Notes under the pieces: generated by a model | What the model was told of the DNA's origin: nothing | Databases searched by the model: none | Seen by the model: the letters and a program-made list of their open reading frames with translations, nothing else | Shown here: positions 29,153-39,083 of the stretch, one piece after another | Position numbering within the stretch: position 1 is the stretch's first letter | Layout: each line of letters opens with the position of its first letter | Made by a program: the position numbers and the translations under genes | Assembly: GCA_965263035.1 (NCBI GenBank) | Contig: OZ253580.1 | Location: forward strand, 4,384,001-4,448,000 | DNA length: 64,000 nucleotides | Direction of reading: 5' to 3' | Source: Acidobacteriota bacterium | GTDB lineage: Bacteria > Acidobacteriota > UBA6911 > RPQK01 > JAJDTT01

Positions 29153-29177
29153 GGTCATTCTCCCGGAGGGGTGTGGC

Positions 29178-30293
29178 TCAGACCCGCTGGCTGAGGCCGG
29201 TCTCCGCTGCCTGGTAGGCACCGAATACGACTTTCAGGACGTGGAGCGAATCCTCCCCCGTGAGCGGCGGATTCCCCTTGCCGTGGCCCAGGTCCACCAG
29301 GGATTGGACCAGGGGATAGTAGCTGCTCGGTTCGGTCTCGAAGTCATGGGACCGGATTCCCCGGGGAGCGTCCGGATGAGTGGAGTACCATTGCACGGAA
29401 CCCTTCAAGAGGTTCATCCGGAGCCAACCTTGGGAACCCCAGAGGGTGACGCCCAGGTGATACCCCCGGTCCAGGTAGTATCCGCCGTGGTACGTTCCCA
29501 CCATCCCCTTCTTGAACCGGAGGGCCAGGGCCACCGAATCCTCGATTTCCACCGGTTGTCCCCCCACGTTTCGGGTAACCGCGGCCACCTGCTCGATCCG
29601 GTCGCCGGTGAGGTATTGCACCAAGTCCAGGTAGTGGATCCCCAGCCAGATGAGCTGGCCTCCTCCGGCCTTGTCTTTGAAGGCCAGCCAGGACTCGTGG
29701 TAGCGGGGCCGGGTCAAGCGGGTCTGGTCGGCGACGAAGACCAGGTGGGCGCCGAAGGGTCTGCCCAGGAATCCGGACTCCACCAGCTCCCGGGCCTTCC
29801 GGACCGCGGGATGAAGCCTCGACCCCAGGGCCAGCATCAGATTCAGCTTCCTGGAATCGGCCAGCCGGACCAGAGGCTCGAAGTCCTCGGCCCGGACGCA
29901 GGCCGGTTTTTCGGCCAGGACATGAGCGCCCGCCTCCAGGGATTTCCGGATCAGGGGGGGTGCCAGGTGGGCGGCCAGACTGATGAGGACCGCCCGCGGC
30001 TGCGCCTCCTGCAGCATCTTGCCGTGGTCCTGATACGTGGTGAGCTTCTCGCCCAGGACTTCACCGGCCCGGGCGAAGGTGGCGCCGCTCTCGTCCGACA
30101 GGGCGACGGAGGCGACTCCCTGGGCCTTGGCCAGGGCATCCAGATAAGTGCCCAGGTGAGGTCCTCTCTCCTGGGTGATGATGCCCACCGGGATGTCTTC
30201 ACCGGCCGTCCCGATCCGGGTCGCCGCCGAGAAGGCCAGGGAAGAAACCAGTGTTCCGCCGGCAGTTTTCTTGAGAAATGTTCTTCGTTTCAT
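29178..30293 (-). CDS. Tat-exported Gfo/Idh/MocA oxidoreductase
   Basis: KRRTFLK, AGAHVLAEKP, GGGQLIWLGIHYLD. Confidence 0.9.
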   Translation of the reverse strand: MKRRTFLKKTAGGTLVSSLAFSAATRIGTAGEDIPVGIITQERGPHLGTYLDALAKAQGVASVALSDESGATFARAGEVLGEKLTTYQDHGKMLQEAQPRAVLISLAAHLAPPLIRKSLEAGAHVLAEKPACVRAEDFEPLVRLADSRKLNLMLALGSRLHPAVRKARELVESGFLGRPFGAHLVFVADQTRLTRPRYHESWLAFKDKAGGGQLIWLGIHYLDLVQYLTGDRIEQVAAVTRNVGGQPVEIEDSVALALRFKKGMVGTYHGGYYLDRGYHLGVTLWGSQGWLRMNLLKGSVQWYSTHPDAPRGIRSHDFETEPSSYYPLVQSLVDLGHGKGNPPLTGEDSLHVLKVVFGAYQAAETGLSQRV

Positions 30294-30356
30294 AGTGCAG
30301 GCCGTTCCGATTCTTGCCGTTCAGTCTACCATGGCGGGAGCGGCCTGCCCGGACGG

Positions 30357-32384
30357 TCAGGTTGTCTCCAACCGGACCTCTCCCGGGTCGGTCCCCAGGG
30401 TCCACTCGTCGACTCCCCGATCCGTCGCCACGATGACATTGCGAGACCCGTCGTCGCCGTGGCGGCTGGAAGCGGATCGTACCGGAGAGGGCCGGTTTTG
30501 CCCGTAGGGCACGAACACGGAGACGAACGTGGCGTCGGCGGCCGTTCGGCGCCGGATGCAGGTCGAGAGGGTTTCGGATGCCGGGTTGGACGGGGCCGAA
30601 CCCAGGAACATCCGGCCGGACGTCTCCAGCAGATATAGATCCAGGTTGCCACCCTGATGCCGCCATCGAAGCCTCGGGTTGGTCGTTTCGGGGACCTGGC
30701 CTTCCAGCCGAACGTGGGCGTAACCGCCGTCGCCGGTCAAGGGAGGGGCCGGGGACAACTCCACCGGCTCCCCGGTGCGCTTCCCGCGCACCTGACTGAC
30801 CCAGTCCAGGTCTCGAACCGTGGGGCACCGCACCTGGAGCAGGTCCACGAAGTAGTGGTCGCGCCAAAGGAGGATTCGCCGCATCTCGACTCCCGCGTAG
30901 GCCCCCTCCTCCCAGGAGACGGAGGCGTCGCAGAGCGTATACCGGTCGTCGGCTTCATACCGGTTGAACTTTCCCTCAGCCAACGGCTGGGACAAGCCGT
31001 CCACCAGAGCGGTGGCGTGGCTGGCCGTCTGCTGATACCAGGTGTCGTTGAGCTCGATGCCGTACCCGGGGGTCCCCAGGTCCGGTAACCAGGGAGACCC
31101 GTTGGCGAAGAGCTGGATCCTGAGCTGGTCGTGGTGTCCGTGAACCCCTCCGTCCGGACCCGCCTTGAAAATCAGATGACTTCCGTTCTCGCGGTCCTGT
31201 CCGCGCAGGACGGCGAAGCCCAGATCTTCCAGATGCAGACTCTTCCACTCGGGTTCCTCTCCGGACGGGATCTCCCGGGCGCCGTCCAGGAGCGCCTCGA
31301 AGCAGCTCCGGGGACGATTCTCGTAGTTCTGTTGCAGGACCCAGGCGAAAACGGGGTCGCGGAACCAGCCGTGGGCGGTCTCGTAGAAGCCGTCCGCTTC
31401 CGGGATCCCGTGACCGACTCGCTGCTGGAGGCCGATGAAGTACCAGCAATCGTTCACGGCCGGGAGCTTCAGGTCCGGGAAGGAGATGAGGATCGGCGCC
31501 AGGAACATCCGCTTGAGGATTCCGCCATCGTCGAAAGAGCGGCCCGACGCCCGCAGGATACGGAGTGTCCAGACCACCGCGTCCAGCATGTAGTAGTGGT
31601 AGCTCAGGGAGCCCTCCCACCAGATCCCGTCTCGGGAGACCCCCTGGGTGAGCTGGGGCTCCAGGCCCAGGTCGCCGCCCAGCGCCAACTCAAGCAGATC
31701 TTCGTCCTCCAGGACCAGAGCCAAGGTCGCCAATGCAGCATTGTTCCAGTTGGTGGCGTTGTGGATCTCGGGCCATCGAACTCGCCGGATGTGCTCGGAG
31801 CCGGGCCGAAACATCTGACGGGCCAACTGGTCGGCCGACCCTTCCGGGAGCGTTTCCTCCAAGAGGGCAAAGGCCCAGCACATTCGAATCAACCATACCG
31901 ACTCGTCCAGACCGGACCAGGTGACGACCCCGGGATGATTGATGTGATCCAGAGGAGGAGGCTCCATGTGCTGGTAGCGCTCGGCATAGGTCAACAGGAT
32001 CCGGCCGGACAGGTCCCGGTCCGCCTGGGCCTGTTCGCCACGTCCACCCGCGAGATGGCTCCGGTAGGCGAGCTTCAGGGCGGCGTCGCTGAGCATGTCG
32101 TTCAACGACCAGCGCCAGGCGCTGTCATAGGGCTCGCCGCTGTGGACGGCGCCGTCCACGGGGCAGACGTGGTGGTGGTGGTCCCGAGGGTCGTAAATGA
32201 GCTGGACGGCGTGCTCCGGGCAGAAGAAGTCGTGGTAATAGCCGGCCTGCCGTACGGGGACCTGAGGCAGGAACCGGTGATACTCGGAAAGTCTTTGATC
32301 CAGCGCCTTCCGGGCCACAGAGAAGGAGGGGTCCGAGGTGCGCCGGCGCAGGTCCCGGCTCCATTCCGGTGTCAGAAGTGTCAT
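30357..32384 (-). CDS. Heparinase II/III-like (oligo-alginate-lyase-like) polysaccharide lyase
   Basis: IHNATNW, DGIWWEGSLSYHYY, PAVND, HGHHD, PDLGTPGY, WYQQTASHAT; no signal peptide. Confidence 0.8.
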   Translation of the reverse strand: MTLLTPEWSRDLRRRTSDPSFSVARKALDQRLSEYHRFLPQVPVRQAGYYHDFFCPEHAVQLIYDPRDHHHHVCPVDGAVHSGEPYDSAWRWSLNDMLSDAALKLAYRSHLAGGRGEQAQADRDLSGRILLTYAERYQHMEPPPLDHINHPGVVTWSGLDESVWLIRMCWAFALLEETLPEGSADQLARQMFRPGSEHIRRVRWPEIHNATNWNNAALATLALVLEDEDLLELALGGDLGLEPQLTQGVSRDGIWWEGSLSYHYYMLDAVVWTLRILRASGRSFDDGGILKRMFLAPILISFPDLKLPAVNDCWYFIGLQQRVGHGIPEADGFYETAHGWFRDPVFAWVLQQNYENRPRSCFEALLDGAREIPSGEEPEWKSLHLEDLGFAVLRGQDRENGSHLIFKAGPDGGVHGHHDQLRIQLFANGSPWLPDLGTPGYGIELNDTWYQQTASHATALVDGLSQPLAEGKFNRYEADDRYTLCDASVSWEEGAYAGVEMRRILLWRDHYFVDLLQVRCPTVRDLDWVSQVRGKRTGEPVELSPAPPLTGDGGYAHVRLEGQVPETTNPRLRWRHQGGNLDLYLLETSGRMFLGSAPSNPASETLSTCIRRRTAADATFVSVFVPYGQNRPSPVRSASSRHGDDGSRNVIVATDRGVDEWTLGTDPGEVRLETT

Positions 32385-33445
32385 CTTCGATAAGCCTCCA
32401 GGGTGATCTCGGCGATACGTTCCCAATCGTACCGTTGGATGCTGGCCAGGGCGGTACGGGACGCCTCTTCCAGATCCCAGCCCTGGATCTCCTGCATGGC
32501 TTCCAGGAGCCCGTCGGGCCGGTTCGGATCGTAGAGCAGACCGCCGCCGGGAAGGATGACTTCGGGCAGACAGCCCAGGTTAGGCGCGATCACGGGACGG
32601 GACTCGGATAGGGCCAGGGTGACGGTCCCCGACGACAGGGTGGCCAGAAACGGCAGCACCATGGCGTTGCTGGCGCGCAGGACCCGTATCAGGTCCGGCG
32701 TGGGCACACGGGGTTCGACGATCCGGTCCAGGATCCGGGGATGACCGGCGGCCAGCTTTCGAATCTTGTTCAGGTAAGGCTTGTGACGACCGCCGCCGGC
32801 GAGCAGGAGCCAGGAGTCATCACCAGGAAGCCTGAGAAAGGTCTCGATCAGAGTCTCCAGACCCTTGTAGGGAAGGACGCCGCCGATGAATCCGTAGGCG
32901 AAATCCCGAGCCGGAATGCCCAGATCCAGGCGAGCCTGCCTCCGGGAAGCGAGGTCCGGGTAGACCCCGATGAAATGACCGTGGGGCGCAAGGAAGATGT
33001 CGTGGGAACGGCCGAAGGTTTGCCTGACGCCGGCTGCGGACGCTCCGCAATGGGCGATGATGGCGGTGCAGAGCCGGCAGAGGTGGAGCCGGAACTCGTG
33101 ATCGATCTCCTGGTGGGTCCGGTTGTGGGGATAGATGTTGTGGGCGGTCCAGACCACCTTGTAGCCCAGTTCCCGGGCCAGTTCCAGGGAGGCGGCCAGC
33201 TCCTCCATCTGCTGCTGCATGACGCCGGCGTCGTCGTTGTAGTAGTCGTGGTGGGGCCAGTGGAGGTGCAGAATCTGGATTCTGCCCCGGTTCCTTCGGA
33301 GGTACTCGGGACTGCAGTCCGTCTCAAATTCCATTTCCACGCCCCGCCGTTCCAAGGCTTCCGCCAGCAGGGCTCCGTAGGGATTGTTCCCCTCATGGTT
33401 GGTGGGGAGACGTTTCTGCTGGTGGTAGTAGAAGGCGACGCGCAA
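32381..33445 (-). CDS. Glycosyltransferase family 4 (GT-B)
   Basis: NPYG..L, LHLHWP, VWTAHNIYPH, PHGHF, GGVLPYKGLE, LPF..LSSG; TTG start; stop overlaps lyase ATG. Confidence 0.85.
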   Translation of the reverse strand: MRVAFYYHQQKRLPTNHEGNNPYGALLAEALERRGVEMEFETDCSPEYLRRNRGRIQILHLHWPHHDYYNDDAGVMQQQMEELAASLELARELGYKVVWTAHNIYPHNRTHQEIDHEFRLHLCRLCTAIIAHCGASAAGVRQTFGRSHDIFLAPHGHFIGVYPDLASRRQARLDLGIPARDFAYGFIGGVLPYKGLETLIETFLRLPGDDSWLLLAGGGRHKPYLNKIRKLAAGHPRILDRIVEPRVPTPDLIRVLRASNAMVLPFLATLSSGTVTLALSESRPVIAPNLGCLPEVILPGGGLLYDPNRPDGLLEAMQEIQGWDLEEASRTALASIQRYDWERIAEITLEAYRR

Positions 33446-33484
33446 GATGAATCCGGAAATCCGATCCGGCCGGCGTAAGCTCGC

Positions 33485-34642
33485 TCAGCGCGGGTCGGGC
33501 TCGATGAAGAAGACGTATTCGTTCGTGTCCAGACCGTCGTAGATGATGCTGTATTCCACCATCAGCTTGAGCGGTTCCTCGTCGTTGTACCGGTTGATGA
33601 TGCAGTTGTGGCTGTACCCGTCGGGGTGTCTGGTGTCTCCGCTGACGATGATCCCGCTGCCCCAGTCGATGCCGTCGTCGGACTGGTAGAGGACAAAACG
33701 GTGGCTGCCTTCCCCCTCGTGGCCCGACCGTCCGTGCAGGTAGTACTTGCCCCCCAGGTAGGCCAGCTCCGGGTCGCGGATCATCTTGTCCACGTAGGTC
33801 CGCTGCTGTTCGCTCCAGGTCCGTCCCTGGTCCTGGCTGATGCAGTAGTAGAAATGGTGCTCGTCCTTTTCGGTATAGGCGCCGGCCAAAAGGCGCCCGT
33901 CCGCCATCAGGCACATGGTGCCGTACCACTTGTCGTTGTCGAGAGAGAGTGCGCTCCTCCGGTTCCAGCTCAGACCGTCGTCGGTGCTGGCGTAAAGGAC
34001 GTGAGGTCCGCCGTCGTTGCTGTCGTAGAGGACATAGTTGGTCTCGCCGGACACCGCCACGGCACAGGGGTACCCGATGAAGTCCCCATCGATACGCTGG
34101 TATTTGCTCCAGGTGGAGCCGTGGTCCAGGCTCCGCATGAATCCGCTTCCTTCTTTGCCCGTGCCGATCTTGAAATGGGTCAGGAACAGGACGGCGCTTC
34201 CCTTTTCGGTGACCAGACCCTCCTCGACCCAGACGGATCGCTTCTGATCCTGGTCGTAATGGTCGTAGGAATACTGGAGTTTGTTGTACCTGCTCCAGGT
34301 CTTGCCGCCGTCGGCGCTTTCGGCGTATTCGGACCAACCGTCCACGTTGTGATCGGTGGTGTTGGTGTGGAAGGCCACGACCCGGCCGTCGGCATACTCC
34401 ATGCAGACGGGCCCGCCATGGGTGCAGCGTCCCGGAGCGTCGTGCTCGAGGTCGGCAATGATGTCCCCGAAGATGCCGTCACCGAGCTCGGTAGACGGGT
34501 CGTAGTCGTAGATCCGCGCGCCGTCGATTCGGCCCGATTCGTCGACGTTTTCACCGGCTGCCGGCTCCTGCACCATTTCTCCGGAGCCGCAACCCACCAG
34601 GCACAGCACGGTGATCATGTAAACCGTTGCTCGGATGGTCAT
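33485..34642 (-). CDS. BNR/Asp-box (sialidase-fold) lipoprotein
   Basis: Lipobox LVGC; Asp-boxes [39 protein letters not shown]; no RIP motif. Confidence 0.8.
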   Translation of the reverse strand: MTIRATVYMITVLCLVGCGSGEMVQEPAAGENVDESGRIDGARIYDYDPSTELGDGIFGDIIADLEHDAPGRCTHGGPVCMEYADGRVVAFHTNTTDHNVDGWSEYAESADGGKTWSRYNKLQYSYDHYDQDQKRSVWVEEGLVTEKGSAVLFLTHFKIGTGKEGSGFMRSLDHGSTWSKYQRIDGDFIGYPCAVAVSGETNYVLYDSNDGGPHVLYASTDDGLSWNRRSALSLDNDKWYGTMCLMADGRLLAGAYTEKDEHHFYYCISQDQGRTWSEQQRTYVDKMIRDPELAYLGGKYYLHGRSGHEGEGSHRFVLYQSDDGIDWGSGIIVSGDTRHPDGYSHNCIINRYNDEEPLKLMVEYSIIYDGLDTNEYVFFIEPDPR

Positions 34643-34695
34643 CCGTTCCTCCCCCTCACGTCGGCCCGCGTCGATTCGCGAGATACTACCATTTT

Positions 34696-34830
34696 GGGAA
34701 AGGAAAGAGGAAAGAGGAAAGAGGAAATGAGAAAAGAGTTAAGACGGAAGAAGCGCCCCCAAGTGGCCGGCGTCCGGCAACACGAACCCCTTTTCTTCAC
34801 TCTTTCCTATTTCCTCTTTTCTCTTTCCTC
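34696..34830. repeat. Inverted pair of GGAAAGA/TCTTTCC heptamer tracts forming a long imperfect hairpin
   Basis: 34696-34743 GGAAAGA x3 then GGAAATGA GAAAAGA GTTAAGA; 34791-34830 TTTTCTTCAC TCTTTCC TATTTCC TCTTTTC TCTTTCC TC. Confidence 0.75.
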
Positions 34831-34878
34831 GCTCGTAGTAGACTTGGGCCGCAACGGCAAAAGGAGGTCGGGAGTCCC

Positions 34879-36165
34879 ATGATGCATCGACGTGATTTCT
34901 TGAGGCCGCTGGGAGTCGGGGCGGCCGTTGCGGCGGGGAAGGTCCATGGCCTGTTCTCGGGGCCGCTTCCGGCCGGGTCGGGACAGGCGTTCTTCGAGAA
35001 GACGACGGTCTTCACCCCGGGAAAGGGTTTCGGAGTCCGGCTCCCTGGACTGCTGGCGACGAGCCGAGGCACCGTGGTCGCCGTCTGCCAGCGGCGGTGG
35101 GACAACATGACCGACTTCGGCCACGAGACCGATGTCCTGGTGCAGAGGAGCACGGACGGGGGCCGGACCTGGGGGAAGCAGCGAGTCCTCTTCCGGGAGC
35201 GGGGGGCATTCTGCCTCGTCGGGCCGCTGATCGAAGATCGGATCAGCGGGACGATCTTTTCCGCCTTCTGGAAACTGCCAACCACGGCGCCTCATGACCT
35301 GAGGTATTTTCCCACCTACGCCAAGACCGACGGGCGCTTCTGGCTGGCGAAGAGCACCGACCAGGGCCTCACCTGGTCCGAACCGTCGCCCAAGAAGGCC
35401 CGTCCCAACCCGGACGGATGGACCGGTTGGACCAACAACTCGGTCCACGGCATCCAGTTGGCCCGGGGTCCGCGCACAGGACGGCTGGTGATCCCCGGCT
35501 TCCTGTACAAGGACGGAGAAGAAGGGCAGATTCCCGGGGTCCGCGGAGGCGTTCTCTACAGCGACGACCATGGATCGACTTGGCAGGTGGGGGGTGTCCT
35601 GCCGGTGGGCTCGGACGAGGTCACCGTGGTGGAGACGGCTGACGGCGGTGTTTACGCCAATTACCGCAAGAATCGCCCCTTTCACAACGAGTGGCGATGG
35701 CACGCCTGGAGCCGGGACGGAGGGGAGAGTTTCGAACCGCAGGAGACGCAACCCCGCGATCTCCCTACTACGGTCTGTCACGCCGGGTTGACCAGCTACC
35801 CCACGGGGGAGAACGGAGGGAAGAACATCTTCCTCTTCTCCAATCCTGCGGGTCCTGATCCCTCCAATCCGACGAAGGGGCGGAGACAGCGGCTCACCTT
35901 GCGGGCCAGCTATGACGAGGGCCGGACTTGGCCGCTGTCGAAACTGTTGGATGACGGTCCGTCCGCCTATTCCGACCTGGCTGTGCTGGAGGACAAGACG
36001 ATTCTCTGTCTGCACGAAGACAGCCTCGACTGGCCCGAGTCCAAGCTCGCCGAGTGGTACGGCAGCTTTTCGCGCCTGGACCATCGCCGGCGCTGGTGCG
36101 AGAGAATCAGCATCGCCCGTTTCAAACTGGAATGGCTCAACAGCCCACGGACGGTCCAAGGATGA
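34879..36165 (+). CDS. Tat-exported sialidase (GH33-like)
   Basis: HRRDFL Tat motif; RLP (RIP-like); five Asp-boxes ([40 protein letters not shown]); AYSDL catalytic Tyr region. Confidence 0.85.
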   Translation: MMHRRDFLRPLGVGAAVAAGKVHGLFSGPLPAGSGQAFFEKTTVFTPGKGFGVRLPGLLATSRGTVVAVCQRRWDNMTDFGHETDVLVQRSTDGGRTWGKQRVLFRERGAFCLVGPLIEDRISGTIFSAFWKLPTTAPHDLRYFPTYAKTDGRFWLAKSTDQGLTWSEPSPKKARPNPDGWTGWTNNSVHGIQLARGPRTGRLVIPGFLYKDGEEGQIPGVRGGVLYSDDHGSTWQVGGVLPVGSDEVTVVETADGGVYANYRKNRPFHNEWRWHAWSRDGGESFEPQETQPRDLPTTVCHAGLTSYPTGENGGKNIFLFSNPAGPDPSNPTKGRRQRLTLRASYDEGRTWPLSKLLDDGPSAYSDLAVLEDKTILCLHEDSLDWPESKLAEWYGSFSRLDHRRRWCERISIARFKLEWLNSPRTVQG

Positions 36166-36183
36166 CGAGGAGGAAGACGTAAC

Positions 36184-37176
36184 ATGTACAGAATGGCCAT
36201 CATCGGAGTGGGGATGATATCCACTAAGGCCATGATTCCCGGGATTCGCCAAGCCAAGACGGCGGAATTGACGGCTCTGGGGACCAGCTCCCCGGAGAAG
36301 GCGCAAGCCCTCTCCGCCAAGCACGGCGTCGACCGCTGCTATTCGAGTTACCAGCAGCTACTGGAGGACCCCGGCATCGACGGTGTCTACATCGGTCTTC
36401 CCAACCATCTCCACAAGGAGTGGACCCTGAAGGCGTTGGCCCACGGCAAGCATGTTCTTTGCGACAAGCCGCTGGGGATGGATCTGGCGGAAGCCCGGGA
36501 GATGGAGGCGGCCGCCAGAGCGGCCGGGCGGGTGCTGATGGAGGGGTTCATGTACCGCTTCCATCCCCAGCATGCCCTGGTGAAGGAGCTCATCCGGAAG
36601 GGCGCCATCGGACGGGTTTTTCTGTTCGAAGCCCACTTCCACTACTTCATGGAAGATCCGGACAACATTCGTCTGAAGCGTGAGACCGGAGGCGGAGGCC
36701 TCTACGACGTGGGTTGCTACGGGATCAACAGCGCCCGGTACATCCTTGGGGCGGAACCTCGTTCCGTTTCCGGAAATTGGAGGCTGGGGGCCGAGACTGG
36801 AGTCGACGAGTTCTGCCACTTCACCCTGCGGTTCGACGGCGGCCCCGTGGCCACCGTCACCTGTGGGACCCATCTTCCCCGGGAGCAGGGCTACACCGTC
36901 TACGGGGAGCGGGGGATCATCAGGGCGCCCCAGGCCTACGTGCCCGCACCGCGAAAGCGGGTCCAGGTGACGGTCATCGACCAGGTTGGCAAACACGAGC
37001 AGCACCGGGTCCGAGGCGTCAACCAGTATGCCGACGAGGTCGACGCCTTCGTCGCCGCCTGCGGCGGCGCAACGGACGCCAGGATCGAGACGGGTGTCGA
37101 GAACATGGCCGTGATAGACGCGGTGCGGAGGGCTTGCCTGTCGGGGGCTATCGAGAGTTGCAGCGCATCCTCCTGA
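36184..37176 (+). CDS. Cytoplasmic Gfo/Idh/MocA oxidoreductase (xylose-dehydrogenase-like)
   Basis: IIGVGMI, YIGLPNHLH, GKHVLCDKP, MEGFMYRFHPQ, GGGGLYDVGCY. Confidence 0.92.
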   Translation: MYRMAIIGVGMISTKAMIPGIRQAKTAELTALGTSSPEKAQALSAKHGVDRCYSSYQQLLEDPGIDGVYIGLPNHLHKEWTLKALAHGKHVLCDKPLGMDLAEAREMEAAARAAGRVLMEGFMYRFHPQHALVKELIRKGAIGRVFLFEAHFHYFMEDPDNIRLKRETGGGGLYDVGCYGINSARYILGAEPRSVSGNWRLGAETGVDEFCHFTLRFDGGPVATVTCGTHLPREQGYTVYGERGIIRAPQAYVPAPRKRVQVTVIDQVGKHEQHRVRGVNQYADEVDAFVAACGGATDARIETGVENMAVIDAVRRACLSGAIESCSASS

Positions 37177-37206
37177 AGATGTTCCAGCTATGCGGAACCT
37201 ACACAC

Positions 37207-37247
37207 TTTTCTTCGCTCTTTCCTCCTTTTCTCTTTCCTCTTTCCTC
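37207..37247 (+). repeat. Pyrimidine heptamer tract, direct repeat of 34791-34830
   Basis: TTTTCTTCGC TCTTTCC TCCTTTTC TCTTTCC TCTTTCC TC. Confidence 0.7.
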
Positions 37248-37270
37248 GGCCGCCTGGGAGGAATCCCGGA

Positions 37271-38779
37271 TTGTTGCTATTCGTGATCTTGCTCGCGCTC
37301 GGTATGGGAGCCGCCGCCACGGGCGCCTCCGCGGACGCCGTCGACGTGGGTTCGCGTCTCGAGCTCATGGTGGATGAACATCTCATCGACCGCATGTCGG
37401 GAGGAGCCCGCCTGCAACTCCACCGGCCCGTCCGGCGGAACGTGGCCCTGGTGACCGGCGAGCCCTGGGAGGGCAACGCCTCCTTCTACCGCACGGTGTT
37501 GCAGGATGGAAGCGCCTACCGGATGTACTACGGCACTTGGCACTACGAAACGACGGAGACGGGACAGACTTACCCCCACCGCCAGTATCTCTGCTATGCT
37601 GAGAGCAGCGACGGCATCCGCTTCCGGAAACCGAAGCTGGGACTGGTGGAGTTCCGAGGCAGCACAGACAACAACATCGTCCTCTCCGAGACGACGCTGA
37701 GTTCGGTCGAAGCCGACCCCGGCCACGCCGCCATCTTCATTGACGACAATCCCGACTGCCCCGAGGATGCCCGCTACAAGATGATCATCCGGTCCAACGG
37801 CGAGAAGGGCCTGCTGGCGCTCAAGTCGCCGGATGGACTCCGCTTCACCCCCATGTCGGACCGGGTGGTGATCTCCGAAGGGGCCTTCGATTCGCAGAAC
37901 CTGGCCTTCTGGGACCCGGTGCGGCGAGAGTACCGGGCCTACTTCCGAGGGTTCCGCCAGAAGGTCAGGGACATCCTGACGGCCACTTCTTCCGATTTCC
38001 TCACCTGGACGGACCCGGTCTGGTGCGAGTATCCGGAGGCACCCACGGAGCATCTCTACACCAACCAGTTGCGCCCCTACCACCGGGCGCCCCACATCCT
38101 GGTGGGCTTTCCCATGCGCTACAAGGATCGGGGCCCCACCGAAGCGACCTGGCGCCTGCCGGGCCGTGAAGCCCGGGAGCACAGGTCGAGGGTCTCCCAA
38201 CGCTACGGGACGGCGGTGTCCGACGCGCTCCTGATGACCGGCCGGGACCGGCTCCACTTCAAGCGCTGGGGAGAGGCCTTCATTCGACCCGGGCCCGCCC
38301 GGACCGACAGTTGGGTCTACGGGGACAACTGCATCGCCTGGGGAATCGTCCAGACGCGGTCCGACCGGGTCGGATCTCCCGACGAGCTCTCCATCTACGT
38401 GGTGGAAGGGTACTGGATGGGGCGAAGCATCAAAGTTCGCCGCTATTCCCTCCGCATGGACGGGTTCGTCTCCGTGCAGGCACCTTTGGCCGGTGGAGAG
38501 GTCGTGACCCGTCCACTTCGCTTTGACGGCAATCGGCTGCGCCTCAACTATTCCACCTCGGGCAGCGGCGGGATCTGGGTCGAGCTCCAGGATGCGGACG
38601 GCAAGCCGTTGGAGGGTTTCAGCCAGGCGGATACGGATGAAGTCTTCGGAGACCAGATCGAAGGCGTGGTGTCCTGGAAGGGGAACCGCAACGTCAGCTC
38701 CCTGGCCGGCAAACCGGTCCGGATTCGCTTCGTCCTCAAGGACGCCGACCTGTATGCCTTCCGGTTTGCCGCCGACTAG
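37271..38779 (+). CDS. Exported uncharacterised beta-propeller protein (GH43/GH32-like fold), tandem duplicate copy 1
   Basis: TTG start aligned with copy 2 ATG after GGGAGGAAT; signal peptide; PWEGN, SSDG..KPKLG, FDSQNLAFWD, EHLY, RMDGFVS, DADLYAFRF. Confidence 0.8.
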   Translation: MLLFVILLALGMGAAATGASADAVDVGSRLELMVDEHLIDRMSGGARLQLHRPVRRNVALVTGEPWEGNASFYRTVLQDGSAYRMYYGTWHYETTETGQTYPHRQYLCYAESSDGIRFRKPKLGLVEFRGSTDNNIVLSETTLSSVEADPGHAAIFIDDNPDCPEDARYKMIIRSNGEKGLLALKSPDGLRFTPMSDRVVISEGAFDSQNLAFWDPVRREYRAYFRGFRQKVRDILTATSSDFLTWTDPVWCEYPEAPTEHLYTNQLRPYHRAPHILVGFPMRYKDRGPTEATWRLPGREAREHRSRVSQRYGTAVSDALLMTGRDRLHFKRWGEAFIRPGPARTDSWVYGDNCIAWGIVQTRSDRVGSPDELSIYVVEGYWMGRSIKVRRYSLRMDGFVSVQAPLAGGEVVTRPLRFDGNRLRLNYSTSGSGGIWVELQDADGKPLEGFSQADTDEVFGDQIEGVVSWKGNRNVSSLAGKPVRIRFVLKDADLYAFRFAAD

Positions 38780-38801
38780 GAGGGGCGACTTCCAGTCGCC
38801 C
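38777..38801 (+). repeat. REP-like palindrome, family B copy 2; its TAG is the stop of the preceding gene
   Basis: TAGGAGGGGCGACTTCCAGTCGCCC, compared with 13518-13541. Confidence 0.7.
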
Positions 38802-38838
38802 TCTTGGGGAGCATAGGGGGGACGATAGTCTCCACTTC

Positions 38839-39067
38839 GCGATTGCTGCGTAATCGATTTGAGGGCCGTGCCATAGAAATCGCACCCATCAGGACCGACC
38901 GAGATTTCCGCCGGACGCTCAAGGAGATCGAAGGCCTGATGACCGCTGAGCGCGGCACGCCCGAAGGCGACCGGCTGGAACTTCTGGTAACGTTGGTCGA
39001 GGCTTGGGAGGCGCGCAATTTTCCTCTTGATCTACCCGAGCCGATCGCCGCTGTCCGCTACCACTCA
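38839..39067 (+). pseudogene. higA: Decayed higBA relic: last codons of a HigB toxin plus N-terminal half of a HigA antitoxin
   Basis: GCG ATT GCT GCG TAA TCG ATT TGA resembles the HigB C-terminus AIDAQTI*; ATA in place of ATG at 38873, then EIAPIRTDRDFRRTLKEIEGLMTAERGTPEGDRLELLVTLVEAWEARNFPLDLPEPIAAVRYH, cut before the HTH. Confidence 0.75.
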
Positions 39068-39083
39068 GGGAGGAATTCGAAAA

